Source: the human T2T-CHM13v2.0 reference genome, Homo sapiens. Taken from it: a stretch of 64,000 nucleotides of DNA. Where the stretch lies: assembly GCF_009914755.1 (NCBI RefSeq), contig NC_060926.1; one strand, written 5' to 3'. Under the pieces are notes generated by a model. That model was given only the letters and a program-made list of their open reading frames with translations, was not told the origin of the DNA and made no database searches. Positions 47,111 through 62,015 of the stretch are shown piece by piece. Every line of letters starts with the position of its first letter. Within the stretch, counting starts at the first letter, position 1. The position numbers and the translations under genes were made by a program.

Positions 47111-50100
47111 AACACAATCTTAAATACTCAACAAGCTAGCCTAACGAGGAATGCCAGCAAATAGGTCATTGCTAACATCTCTTTTGGTGTCTTTGACAAT
47201 GTTCCAAGTGGCTACCTAACATGCTGGCAATTATGCCTATAGGGTGAGTACCTCATTTAAGTATTTTTGTAGATTAAGTCAATCTATGTTTATGAATTTT
47301 GAAATAATGGATATGGCTATGGTGGCATGACCCTACTTGAGCATTAACAAAAAAAATTAACTTCCAACATATTTTAATGCAAATGTTACCTTTGTAAGTG
47401 GATGACCTGAAAAGAAAGTGTTTCCATAGTAACCTAAGGGAACACATAACTGTTTATCAGAACTTCTCCAGGAAAAGAGCTTGGCATGGACTGGGGATCT
47501 GCTTTGATGTCTGCTGAAAGAAAATAGCTGACAGCATTGTGTGAGAAAATGGTTAGAAGATCCCACTTTATTTGTAGTTAATTTAGAAAATAAACTTTCA
47601 TAATGAACTGCTGAAATACACACTTGAAACAACCAGATGATCCATCAGGATATTTTTTAAAATGTAATTTGTCGGGTGTGACAACCAAGTCATCAGTTTA
47701 AGAGAAACAGATTAGGGAAGAGATCTTACAGCAGGTCTTTGCCACCATTTCACTCATTTTTTTTCTGTACTCTGTGTTCTTCTGTAGGAATCACTAGGCC
47801 TTTCAGAGCTCTTAGATTTTTTTTTCTTTGCTTACTTTTTTTCCTTTTTAACTTCAGAAAACGTTATGTAAAAGCTGCCCTTTGGGAATTGAGACTCTAC
47901 ATTGTGAGGCTATCACCAAAAAGAAACCTATTGATTGATTATACTTCACTTTCTTTACTGACACGGCTGTTTGAGTTAGTAGCTTTTTGGACGTGCCATT
48001 AGGTAGAAATGAGTTTGACATCCACAAGCCACTATCTGGTTATCTGCTGGTTATTTTCCCTTTTTCTTATGGATGTAATATCTACTTAAAGAAAAGCTGA
48101 TCTACGAGGGTTTTCTTTTTTCATTTTTTAAGGTTCATTTGAGTAGAGAACAGATGCATACAGTTTTGAGAAGTATTTCTTTGAAGCGCCTTTTTAGAGT
48201 CAGCTCACTGACAGGTCCATGCCCGTGGGCTCTGGTGTGGACTTAGAGCAATTACCCACCTGGTCTCCATCTGGTAGCATGAACGAAAAATCATAACAGA
48301 TCATAGAGAAACTATACCAACTGCCACCTTGGTATAGGCAGGCAAAGAAAGGTGCCACCCAACAATGCTGTGAAGAGTAAGAAATGCTATCCGTAGGGTA
48401 TGCACATTCCCACCACAAGATGCAAAAGAGTGGCACACAGGAGCATGTGGAAAGGAAATAATATGCACATCTAACCTTACAGCTGCAACTCGTGAAATAG
48501 TAAACCAAAAGTTCTCTCCGCCACATTTATGTTTCTAGTGAAGTTTGGAGAAAACGTATTATCCTAATATGCTTGAGACCTGTCTTTTGCTACCCACTAC
48601 CACCCACAACAGGGTTAAACAAGACTTGAGGACTTTTAGGTGAGGAGTAGATGCCAACATCATAAGGATGTTGATGTAATTTACATGTAATGCCACTTTG
48701 TAGTCAGTTCAATTGTAGCAAAAATAAGGGTTTTATGGTTGCTGGAAAATAATTTAAATGTTTGTTGATTCGTTATTGTCTTTTTGTTTTTATTTTCTCC
48801 TTTTCTGCTTTGTCTGCTTTCTTCCAGAATACAGCGTGCTCTGATTAGTACAATAGCTAAGGGTTCAGAATCTATTACTACAACTGCCAGAGATTTGCCC
48901 TCTTCGGGTAACACCCTTCCATCCTGAGGAGCTAGAGAATCCGAGATTCAGAGAGGGGCAAAATGTCTCTGGCGTGTGTGTGGTTAGCAGGGTAAGAGCT
49001 AACTTGGATTCCTTTCTTTCGTAATCCCCTACAAAGTGTTGCACATGCTTCCACTGAGGACTAAAGCAATGAAAAATATCTTCCTGGATTGGCCACACAG
49101 ATACTCATGCTGGACGATTCAAGAAGATGAAATGGGGAAGAAAGAAACGATGACTCTAGAGGCATGACCCACCTGGATAAGAATTGTTGTAAAGGAATTA
49201 TGTAGTGCAGGACCATTAGAAAATGCCAGAGTGGGAGGTGAGTGAAAGATGAGATGTCAAAGGAGAGGGGTTGTGATCTGAAAGGTAAGATTTCAATATC
49301 TGTATGTAGACTGTGACCTTTGCAAAAGACTTTATGGAAAAGCCAACAAGAGCCTAAACGTGATTGCTGTGGAAGAACTGAAGTGCATACTCTCTGCAAG
49401 AAGATATAATATTGTAAATTCACTTGCTTTTTCTTCTTCCAACGTATGGAAGGGACTCAGGTTTTTTTCACCATAATTTATACTAATTAGTCTTTCCACT
49501 TAAATCAAGAGGGGAACTGCAAATGTGGCCATTGATGGTCTGCTCCTCATTAGAGACAATTAAGAGTTAGAGGAACAAAAACACATCATAGGATTAATGA
49601 TGAGAAAAGCCACCCAGAGAGAGAAACATGAAGCAGGAAATGATCTTATTGAGCTGGACAAAGGAAACTGATAGCCTGCAAGATCAGAGGCTCTTGGAGC
49701 TGAGGTCTAAACAGTCTAAAGAAGAATCGCCTGGGCATGCAAGCCTTCCCCTGCTGTATTCTCATCTGTATTTTTCATATCTCCTGTCATATTGCATTTA
49801 TTAAGAAATGTTCTTGCTCTCTAAATCCAATTCATTAGTTTCCCTCCATGGATAAGAGGGATGGCATTACTGCTGAGAGAAAAATAAGTACTAAGCTAAT
49901 CAGCCTTGGTAAATTCCAGTCTTGCATGTTATTGTCATTGAAGCTTTATGTAGCATTCAGACAGGGCACCGAGACACAGGAGAGAGACTGGATATGAAAT
50001 GTCCTAACACCACTCTCAGACCCCTGCTGCTTATATCATTTTATCGTCTTCCAAAGAGAGAGGGAGGAGATTAGGGAACATTTAATTGCCTTATAAACTG

Positions 50101-52020
50101 ATTGACAAATTGGTGATCTGATGCATATGGATGATCTTTTTAGTGAAATGGTTCAGAAGCTGCTAACAGATCATCAGGAACCATGATTTGCACGCTCTCC
50201 GCAGAGTTATTACAGAGAAGTGGAAGGATGGGTTGATTATTTATTATCTTTCCTTCTTTCTGTTTTTTTTTTCCTTGAATGTTTTCTTCACCTCCAGGGA
50301 AATGCATTCTAGCAGCGTGAACACCGCTATTAATCAACACTTGTAGCAATAATCAGTGAGTGAAAAATGGTGACCAGAATCTGCGAATGCGCTGGCATAA
50401 CTGTCTTCTGAGTGTTCCTTTGTGATCATGCCTTGGCATTCGAACATGGATAATTTATACAAAATTAATGTTGACACCTTCTGAGGTGCAAAGATTCATA
50501 GAAGCAGTGCTTACTTCTTCATCCGTTAAAAAACGAAGAGAAATTGTTTCTGGTCATGATGAGTCATATTTTAGAGGCTTTAAAAATATACTTGATATTG
50601 TCATGTTTCTTTGTGTTATGTTTAGTCACCTAGTCCCATCATTTTTGAACACAGGTGTCATAAAAGGCAAAACTGTTATAAGTTCTTTGTTTCAGTTTTC
50701 TCAGACTTACTCCAGAAGGGGTGTGGAAAATAATCAAGAATTTTAAAATAGCTCAAGCCCCAATATCCTTCTCAAAGCCAACTATTGTTATTGGCAGTGC
50801 TTGGGGGGGAAATGGTTCAGAGTTGCTGGAGTGGCAAAACACTGTTACAAGCCACACCTTACATAGGGCAGTTGTCTAAATTAATAGTGCAACATTTGGC
50901 TAGTGATGCAATTATACACAATCAAACTATTTTGAAATTTGGTTGCCACTCTCATTCCACAAAGCTACATATTAATTCACACCATCCTGTGATCAGGAGG
51001 GCAAAATCTGAGGTGCCAACACACTGGAAATTTCCCTTAAACTTCGCTAAGTTAGGATGAGTTTGCCTGGAGCCTAAGGAAGATCACTAAGGCATCAGAC
51101 CACATCTTTAAAAAGTGTGATAGACCAGGACTCATAGGAGCATATGACACCAGCCCCTTCTCTGCGAATCATTCCTGTCATTAAAATCAATGCAACTTAA
51201 TTAAAGCAAATTATAGATAGATACATCTATAAATAAGATATTAAAGTGTGCTGCTGAATATGATAATTGCTGCATATTTAGCAATCAGTGTGTGTGTTCT
51301 GCTTTTGCCAGGAGGAATTCCTTTCAGTGGAATCAATGGAGCTTTATTAAAAACCATCCAAATTAGAGGGAGAAATGATGAGTGTTATAATAACACAAAA
51401 TCACTGTTTCAACTTTCATTGCAAAGAAAAGAAAGCAAAATATGGCCATCCCTCTTTTTTCACTCAAGGAAAATATTAGACATATTTTCTTTAAGATGTG
51501 GATGTTTTGAATTTATAAATTTTAATTTTTGTATTCTCTTCTCCCAAAGGAAGGCAGAAGGAAAATAATGATCATAAATAAAACAATTTAGCAGTGAGAC
51601 TGGTAGGAGGAACACCCCAGTGCCCAGATAAGCTGTTTTATACCGTGATGACAGAAGACAAATAATGAAGTTCATATTCTGTACAGAACTTGAAGATGGC
51701 TTATTTTATTCTCCTATCCACCAGATTTTCTTGTATGTGAAAATTTTCATGGGTTAATTCAAAATAATGAATTTGGAAAATAAAAATCCATTTTCTTACC
51801 CCTATACCTTTATTCATAACAATTACACTTGAGGCAAAGTATATTTTTTCAGGCTAATTTTAAAATACAAATTTTAAAAAGTTTTTTTATCATCGAGTTT
51901 AAACATCAGTAACAGGAAACATAAGTGTTCATTAAATAATGAAATCACCCCTGTGTAACCAGAATTATTCTCAAATTTATAAAAATAAATACTAAACTTA
52001 CAAAAAGACATAGATTTTAA

Positions 52021-52224
<204 letters not shown>

Positions 52225-52783
52225 TAAGAGATGAAGAAAATCACTAGGCAGCCAGCCACCTCTAATAGAGTCTAGTAAAAGCATTTACAAAGACTTCCCA
52301 TTCTGGGTTACTCTGTGCATTAATGTTTTGTCTTTGAGAAGGAAAAGAGATAAAAGAAAAAGTGAAAAAGCCAAAAAAAAAAAAAAGGGACAAGAAGAGA
52401 CATGCATGTTTAGGAAAGTGGTTTATAACTATTATTTCACTTGATCAAATAAATGTTGATTTGTTGAATATTTTCAAGGGACTGGTCCTGGTGCTAGGAA
52501 AGAAAACAAAGTCCCTGTTCTCATAGAGTTTATGTTTGTGAAAAGAGATAGACAATAAACAAGTAAAGAGTAAATATCAGGCCATGATAATGACCAGGAA
52601 GAAATATCAAGCTGGGCTAAGGGGCTGGGCAAGCATGCTGTTTTCTACAAAGTGGTCGGAGAAGGCTAAGGGAGCAAGATGCTTGGGAAGCTGGAGGAGC
52701 AGAGAGGAGAGTGAGTGAGAAGGAGAATGGACGGAGGCCAGAGAGGTGGGAGGATCAGAACTGTGGAGTCTTATGGAGTCCAC

Positions 52784-53101
<318 letters not shown>

Positions 53102-56100
53102 TAGTGGTTATTTCTAATTTTCTAAGATGCATAGATGATGATACGTATTCCTCATGCTTAGAAAAGAGTAAAAACGATTGGCATTGGTCTAGCTTGCTAT
53201 GTTTTTCTCATGGCCTAGCTCTAGAGAGTGATTTTCAGGAGAGATGGCCAATTATTTCATTCCAGACTGCCAAAACCAGAGGCTATTATATTCACAAATT
53301 TGTTCAAAATCGGGACACATGAGTTTCCAGTCTACAGAGGGGTGTATACAGAGTAAAATGGAGTTCTTTTTTGCATCTCTCTTAGCTCTACATCTACTGT
53401 GTAGACATATTGCCCCCATAATCAAATCTGCTCTGCCCCTTTCTCATGTTTCCACCAGAGGATACCATGGCTTATTCCCACCTGCGAACTCTGCATGAAT
53501 GGAAAGAGGAAGTAACAACAGCCACTAATCATGTACATCACAGACATCTAAGCCCGGTCTTTCCTTTAACACACACTCCGTCCTTGTGCAGCTGTGCCTT
53601 AGAGTTGGCCCCAGTCAATAGGTAGGGAGGGAGCAGAGTGGTGGTACTCAGACTCTTTATTTGGTTCCTTTCTCCATGCCAAAAGAAGATGTCATAGGAC
53701 ATTTCAAAACTAAACCATCCTTAGAGATGTGTACTAACAGCAGTTTGCAACTCTGTTATGGGATACACAAAACAGCAGGGCCACTGTTCTTCATTGTAAT
53801 CTGCATGTGAATATTCTAGTTCAAACTCCACACAGTAATAATACCATTAATATGATATTTGTTTGTAGCATAAGAAATATATTTCCTTCTGAAAATATTG
53901 ATGTAATGGGTCTCTTTAAATCACAGTATTTAAATAATAGCCCACTTAAAGAACAAGGTATTGGAAGACATTATCCAGTAAAAGGTTTCTCTTCCCTATG
54001 AGGCAGTGAGTTCATTCTGCCACCTTTATAATTTCCTCTTCCTGTGCAAAGTGGCTCTGTGCTCTCTGCTTTGCTGCAATTCCTCAGGCAATAGCCAAGC
54101 TCTCCCATTGTGAGGATCCCTGATTTCAATAACTCACAGAAATTAGTAATTAGAAACACATTAAAGTGTTGGATCATTTTTCTTAGGGGCTTTACTAGTA
54201 GAGAATTGTACCCCAAATTTCATTTCCTGGTGTTTTCTCCTTTCTGGTTATAAACATGCCAATGGTGCTGTATTGCATTCACCTGGGGTAGGATTGAGAC
54301 GTAATCAAGGTGAGCCTAATAAAAATGTGGCAGCAGGCCTAATGAAAATTGGAATGGATCTAAAAACCTTGAATAAGCTCACTCTCTTTTCATAGGTTCT
54401 TGCAGTTTGGTTTTCTTGAGTATCTGAGAAATGGCAGGGAGTGGGGTCCTTTACAGGTATTAGCTATGAGCAGGTATTTGAATTCTGATTGAGAATTGTG
54501 AGGTGGAACAAGCGTGTGGTGTCTCTTAGCTGAGTTGTGTGCTATTGGAAATGATGGAGGCTGAATTGACTTTGATTTTTTAAGAAATGATTCGATTAAC
54601 TTTTGAACCACCTGCTCCTGTGTCCCCAGGAATATCGTGAAATAGGCTCTATTCCTGTTCTTTCCACAGCATTGCATTCTCCTGCTCCCACTCATTTGAG
54701 TTTTGCCGCTCTGTGAATTATGGTATTTGATCTCTGCTCCTAAGGAAAGATGATTCTACCCACTCTTTGGATGGGTTGTTCCCCACGGTTGACCCTCAAA
54801 TTGAAAGTGATGTTTCCCTTGTGAATGTTGTAAATTTAAACTCAGGGATCATCACCTGATCAGTAACTCACTTGTGGGTTGTTAGTGTAATTTATGCACT
54901 GTTGCTTGTCTGCAAAGTAAAAGTGAGTTTCTCATGACCCTTGAGGAAGATACTCGGAGAGACCTGTCCCTAAACTATATTGGGCCAATGAACAAATTCA
55001 GGAATGTAACTCTCTCTACTTCCTTCCAAGTGACTTGGATTAATGTTGGTGCTATTTTCCATACCAAAACCCAATTACAAGATGGAAGATTTTCAGTAAT
55101 TGGGCCCTTTGGATCTGAAACATCTCAGGTCAGTGCCCCTGGGGATAGCCTTCAGTAGGAAGAGTTCTGGGGCTTCAAACAGAAGGTAAATCTGATTTAT
55201 AGATGGACATGGCATTACATCTGTCACAAATACATTATGAATTGGCGTTGTACATTTTCTAACATATAAATCAACTCCCCCTGGGAAATTATCCTTCATC
55301 CTAATGGATTATACCATAAGAAGTTCTTTGCAATATTCATCCTAAATTTTCACTTTTCTTAATTTCATTACATTGATGAGTAGAGATCCTTATATATTCT
55401 TTTGCCTACCTCTTAGGGATGTTAAGAGTATTAGGCTAATGCTTGTAAATCACCTCACAATTCTCCAACTGAGCCCACTAAAGCAATGCAAAACAGTACT
55501 AGATAATAAATAGGTGTTGCTTCTGCTCAACATTCATGCTATACTGGGGCATAATGAATAGACCCTTAAGTAAGTAGATAAACATTCTTCTCCTTAAAGA
55601 TGGGAAATCATATAAATGGCACTCAACCAGAATTTCAATTGCTTAGCTGCCAAAGTTGGGATTTGGCTTCTTTGCATAGAAATAATCATGGCAAGTGTTG
55701 GTTTCTTTTTCTTTTTTTCTCTGGTTCTCCTGTCTGCTGACCCCTTGCTACATGATGCTTCCCCTTCAGACTCTGTACCTTTGTTTCTCTGGAAGAACTG
55801 CACTTAGGTGAGCATCTCTCTGAACACAGACACTGAGGATGCTTTCAGACTTGAAAACACAATGAAGGGGCCTTCCACCAGTCGGCAGGGCTAAATCTGG
55901 GAGTTGCACTCATTTAGGAAAACCCATCAATGGACCGATAGCAAAATGGCTGAGGTCAGTAGTTGGAGATGGACTCACTCTCTACCTGCGCACACAACCT
56001 GTTGTACCCTGGGAAGGAAGCCAGCTGTCATTCTCTCCTCATCCAGTCACTAGAACTACACACACATGGTCCTGGCATTTATATGTGATCCCAAACTGTT

Positions 56101-57159
56101 CAATAATGTAATAAAATGCATATTTCATATTTGCACTGTTAAATGCCTAAATCACAAATACTGTTTCTTGATTTCATTCAGTAGAATTAATGTTGCCACA
56201 TGAATTAGAGCATTGCATTCAGTTGCTAATAGCACCTTGAGGTAACCCAGCTAGGATAATCCAAGTCTGTTTTCTGTGGGTAGTTGAGGATTACGTGTTT
56301 CTCTGCTTGCCTATGTTATGTCTCTCCTTCAAGATTACTTTTTTCATTTAGTTGATGCTTTATTCTTTTAATCATTTATTGAGCATGTGTTAGATAAGAA
56401 GTATTACAAAGATGAATAAAGCAGGATTATTTGTCCTCAAAGCACTGATGATCCAACAGAGAAGGAAAAACAAAAACACAAACCATCTCCTTATAACAGT
56501 CTAGGTAAGTATTATTTACAAAGACATACTGAAGGCTCTCAGAAAATAAAAAGAGAATAGTTCTGTCTGACAGGCTTCCCAGAGGACCTGGTGATGGAAG
56601 AGAGGGGGAGAGGAAAAAGCTTGAACCAACGTAAGGAAATGTGAGAGTTTACAGGGATGAAGGATGGTGATACTGATGAGGATGACAATGATGACTGTAG
56701 ATTGTGAAAGGCTTGGATGCCATGCTCAAGAATTAGACTTCTCTAGGCATTGTTTCTGTAAACAACAATAAGATGGTCACGTGTGTGTACACACACACAC
56801 ACACACACATGCATATCATCCTTCTAAATGTGTCATATTATTCCAGCCACTCATCTTGTATACATATAGTGTAAAAAAAGACACTTTCATAAGAGAAAGT
56901 AAGAGTTCTCTCTCTATAATTCCCTCTCTTTCTGTCTATCTGTCTCTCCTTTCTCTCTCGTCACTCTCTTTCCCAATACCGTTTTCGGAATAGTATCGGT
57001 GAAGAAGCTTCCATTAGCTCTGTAAGCCAGATCTGCTCAGGGGGCTCATGGAAATGAACTCTACAGGGCAGGGAAGAAATCCTCTCCAAGTGTTTTTGTT
57101 TTTTTATTTTGTTTTGTTTTTTAACCAATAGAAAGGTCAGATTCAATGTAACTGCAATA

Positions 57160-57375
57160 GTAAGAATGAATATTTACTGACATGTAGTAGACTATGTGTG
57201 AGATGTACTATGTGATTTATATGCATCATATCATTTAATGCTCATAACAGTCATCTGAGTGGGTATTACTAATCGCATTTACAGATGAGAGAAATGAGGC
57301 TCAAAAGTTAACTTACCCAAGATCACAAAGTCAGTAAGTGGTAGAGCCAGAATTCAAACCCAACCACTATGGCAC
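57160..57375 (-). mobile_element. MIR
   Basis: catttacagatgagagaaatgaggctc...acccaagatcacaaagtcagtaagtggtagagccagaattcaaaccc. Confidence 0.82.
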
Positions 57376-59658
57376 ACTGTGTGCAGGCCTGAGACCACTG
57401 CCTCTGGGTGTTCAATTAGAGACTCTTCATGCAGTTTCCAGTTAGAATTAATTAATGCTGGAATCAGACACGCATTAGGAGTGATGGTGCTTTTAGGATT
57501 GTCTGACCTACCCTCCCTGCCGTGTCATTCTCTTTGAGTGAAATAGTCTTATGAGGAATTCACAACACCTGCCTTTGTCCTGGTCAGGGTAGTGTTGCAG
57601 ATTGAGTCAGATGATGTCTGAGAACATGCTTTGATCATTGCAAAACCCTGTATGAATATAGTATCTGACAATATATCACTCATTTAATATGTATGTAGGA
57701 ACTAGACAGCAAGCACATTTTAAAAACAGGACAGGTAGTTTGAAAATCGGTTTAACCTTTTAGGTATCATCCTCTAGAGCAGGTATGTGCACAGCCCCTC
57801 CAAGGCCGTGGTCAGGGGCCCATCAGCATCCAAGCTTCAAAGCCAGCCATTGCTGGTCACTCTATCCTTTCCCCAGTGCCTGCCAGACTGTTCACGAAGT
57901 AGCAGCCCAGCTGTCACAACTGATGACCAGCTGTTTTTTATTTTAACAATGGCTACTAAAACCCACACTGAAGTATCCTTTGTATTATTTCCTCAGTAGT
58001 TTAGATATCCGGTTCTGAAGCTTTGATCAGATCACTGAACACAGTTCTCCAGACCCGAACCCCACCCCTCCCCCAGGTCATTGCACAGAGCAAACGTGTT
58101 CTGCTCAAGTGGCATCCTCAGATCTCCACTAGGTGGACTTCACAGAGCAGCCAAGTACGGTTAGATGTGACTCAGGTGAAGTTTTTTCAAAGCCCTCTTA
58201 GCCAAAGAAGTATGAGGCTTTGATGTAGCCTTTCACTAGTTCGAAAGTAACTCAGGAACAGAGGGGAAAAGACTCAGCAGTTCTCTCCTAATATCCAAAC
58301 TTTCCTCATTTTAGTATCACTACTCAGCTTGCAGGGAAGTCTGGGAGAGGGTTCCTAGAAACCCAACTAACCACGGACTCTGTGTCCTCCACAGCATGTG
58401 AGTTGTGCGGCACCGTCATGCTACATCCATGTCTTGGCTCATGTGAGACACTTGGGCTGATTTTTTGTTGTTGTTGTTGTTGCTTGCTGTATATTTGCAT
58501 AATTTTATATCCCGAGCAGAGTTCTTGATTTTGCAAGAGCATAATAAAAAAAAAAAACACTGTGAATTGGCAGGTTTGAGGTTATGATTTGCAGCTGGTC
58601 TATCACTTCCTCTTCCTGGAAGCTGCAGCTTAAAGTATTTTACAATTATCATATTTCACGGGACCTGGGCCTATATTTGCATCTGCTCATCTTTTGGTTT
58701 TCTTTTTTAAAAAATACTCTCTTTTCACATTTTTTGGTGGCAAAATTGTCCAACACATTCATTTTATGTATTTTTCTCTTCTGGGTATAAATTCATATGG
58801 TTCAATGCTATTGAAATCAAAACATTCAATGCAATGAGCCCTTCGGACAGGTTTTTGAGACTGAAAACAATGACAAAGCAAATTCTACCCAGGGTTGCAG
58901 TAATATTTCTAACCAGCCTCCTTTGTCCATTGTCATTATTTTGATTAAAAAGGTGTGTAGAAGCCACGGTGGATTTTCAGGATGCAAAAATCATTGCAGA
59001 AACTTCCTCTATTAGTGCAAATTATTAGACGATGGAAATGGTACTTGAGCAGCAAGAATGACATTAATTATGCGAAAAGCAGTCATATCTGGCAGTTGGC
59101 AAGCATGCATTATTCTTCAACAATCTTCCATGGGTTTGTGTTCAGCCAGCATTAGAAATCTAAAAGCTTTTAATTTTGGCAAAGTTTTCACAGGACTTGC
59201 ACTTCCAGCTTCTAGATAAAAGATAATTTGGAAGGAAATTATGTTGGTGAAATTGAAGAATTCAGTAATGAGTTCTGTGTAGATGAATCAATGCTCAATT
59301 AAATGATTATATCAAATCTACCTTTAAATGTTGACTTAAAATAATCATATTTTAAAGACATTGAAAGTAAGATGCTATATATACATGTAATCAGAAGAGC
59401 AAAGTCTGTGTTACCATGCTGGTAGAGGAATGAAGTATTCTGATTGATCCATGAATTTGATTAATGGAAAGAAATTTAGGACAGGAATTACCTGTACGCT
59501 AAGATTTAGAGTAGACTGCCATAATCTAGCTTGTTTTCATAGTTTCCATTCTCTTTTGCAACTTTTCTCTGTTTCTCTGGGTTTTTTTCTCTTTCCCTGT
59601 CTACACCCCTTTTTCCAGGCTCCCTTCTCTGTTTGAGAGTTTTAATGCTCACAGAAAC

Positions 59659-59962
59659 TTTGTTTTTTTTTTTTTTTTTTGAGACAGAGTTTCGCTCTTG
59701 TTGCCCAGGCTGGAATGCAATGGCGTGATCTTGGTTCACTAAAACCTCTACCTCCTGGCTTCAAGCAATTCTCCTGTCTCAGCCTCCCAAGTAGCTGGAA
59801 TTACAAGCATGTACCACCACGCCCAGATAATTTTTGTATTTTTAGTAGAGACGGGGTTTTGCCATGTTGGCCAGGCTGGTCTCAAATTCCTGGCCTCAAG
59901 TGATTGCCCGCCTCAGCCTCCCAAAGTGCTGGGATTACAGGCGTGAGCCACCGTGCCCGGCC
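59659..59962 (-). mobile_element. AluS (Sq/Sp-like)
   Basis: gagtttcgctcttgttgcccaggc diagnostic; T tail. Confidence 0.95.
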
Positions 59963-60176
59963 TATTTTTTTTTATCTACTACTTTATCCACCTGTTTTTT
60001 TCCCTTCGTGGCAATGAGTACAGCCAATCAGAGCAATATTCTTTGTTTCATTCATTCAGTCAATCAGCATTTACTAAGCCCCTGCCAAGTTTATGGCACT
60101 AACCTGATGATAGGCAGAGCTACCAAAACTGAAGAAACAGATATCCTGCCATAGGCAAAAAAGCACATGTTTGGCT

Positions 60177-60513
<337 letters not shown>

Positions 60514-60662
60514 TTAATAAGATCAATAAGATCATTGAGCATGCATAAGAAGGACAAGATAAACCTGGAAAGTTAGGTTGCTATGGGTTACTAAAGGCCT
60601 TGCATACCAGACTAAGAGGCTGAGTTTTTTTTCTCTAGTTAACAGGAAACTATTCAGTAGTT

Positions 60663-60668
<6 letters not shown>

Positions 60669-60711
<43 letters not shown>

Positions 60712-60712
60712 G
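60669..60712. repeat. (TG)n-(TATG)n microsatellite
   Basis: Directly visible. Confidence 0.9.
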
Positions 60713-61884
60713 CTTATTTGGTTTGGTTTTCCAAACCAGGTTTTGACATAAGAACATCAGTTTTCAGAAGGTTATCCCTTCAGTTCTTCCTTTCTCCTCA
60801 ACTTCATTCATCTTCCTAGAACTTGAACTCAGCTGCTGCAGTCATCACAAAATAACTTGGTTAATATAAATTTGAGGAAAATGCCTGTCTGATTCCAGCA
60901 TGAATGGTAGGACAGGTCTGATAATGTTGTGACTCCAGTAAACACTGCATAATGACATAGCCATTCCATCCAACAGTAGTTGTGTGCTCAGTAATTCATC
61001 TTATTGTATACGGTTCCTCTCCTAGTCCACTGTTACTCTGAGCTTATAGGAATCTTTCCTCACGCTAAGCAGTTACATAATTTAGATTCCAAATGGTTTC
61101 GATTTATACTCCAGATCTGAGTTCAAATCTAAATTGTTAGACTATTTATAGTTTATTTTTTATTTTGTAAGGAATATGAAAAGCCAGGACTGTGTAAACA
61201 AAAGAAATGTGGCAGTCTTAATAAGGCATAACCATAAAACAGATGTCATGAGGGTAAAGCTCCCTTGAAAACATTTTGATAGTATGTTTTCTCTGATTTA
61301 ACAGGTTTGGACCAAAAATCTAGCATGGAATCTGATTCATTCTTTCTGTTAACTTCCACTGCGTAGATGTCTGAGACATCTATTTCATTGGCTCAGTAAA
61401 TATTAATGAACGGACTGATACAAAGATGATATGCCAGGCCTTGAGAATGCAATGGTGCCAAAAGGAGGCATTGTGTTAGCACTCAGGAAGCTTACAATCT
61501 GAGATCTTAGGTAAACCAAATTAATAGACTGATACCATGTATGAATAACTGAAAAAAAAACTGTACATAAACCAGGCTATTTTTATAACACATATCTCCT
61601 TATTAGGAAACACTTTTGCTATACCAAAAAATTAGAATATATACAAATATTAATGCCTCCAGCTATAAGAAATAAATATTACTAGGCCTTTGGAGTTCAG
61701 TGATATGGCTAAGAAGACCACAAACCACTGAGAATACTTGCAGACAGTCACAGACTATTTTACACGTCCCATCGCATCACCACCATGGGTTCATTTGAAC
61801 TTTCCAGTCCTTCATCTCAGTTCTTCATTTAGGAAACAGAGTGACAGTAATTATGTGATCACTGCCAACATACGAGCAGCATTG

Positions 61885-62015
61885 TCGGGGGAGAAATGTT
61901 GCTTTGGGGTCAGACACATCTCAGTTCAAATCCTGGCTTTGCCACTGTGTGACCCTTAGGCAAGTCTCTTGATGATCTCTGAACTTTCATTTCCTCATGT
62001 GTGAAATGAGGCAGA
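61885..62015 (+). mobile_element. MIR
   Basis: gttcaaatcctggctttgccactgtgtgacccttaggcaagtc...tttcctcatgtgtgaaatgag. Confidence 0.8.
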
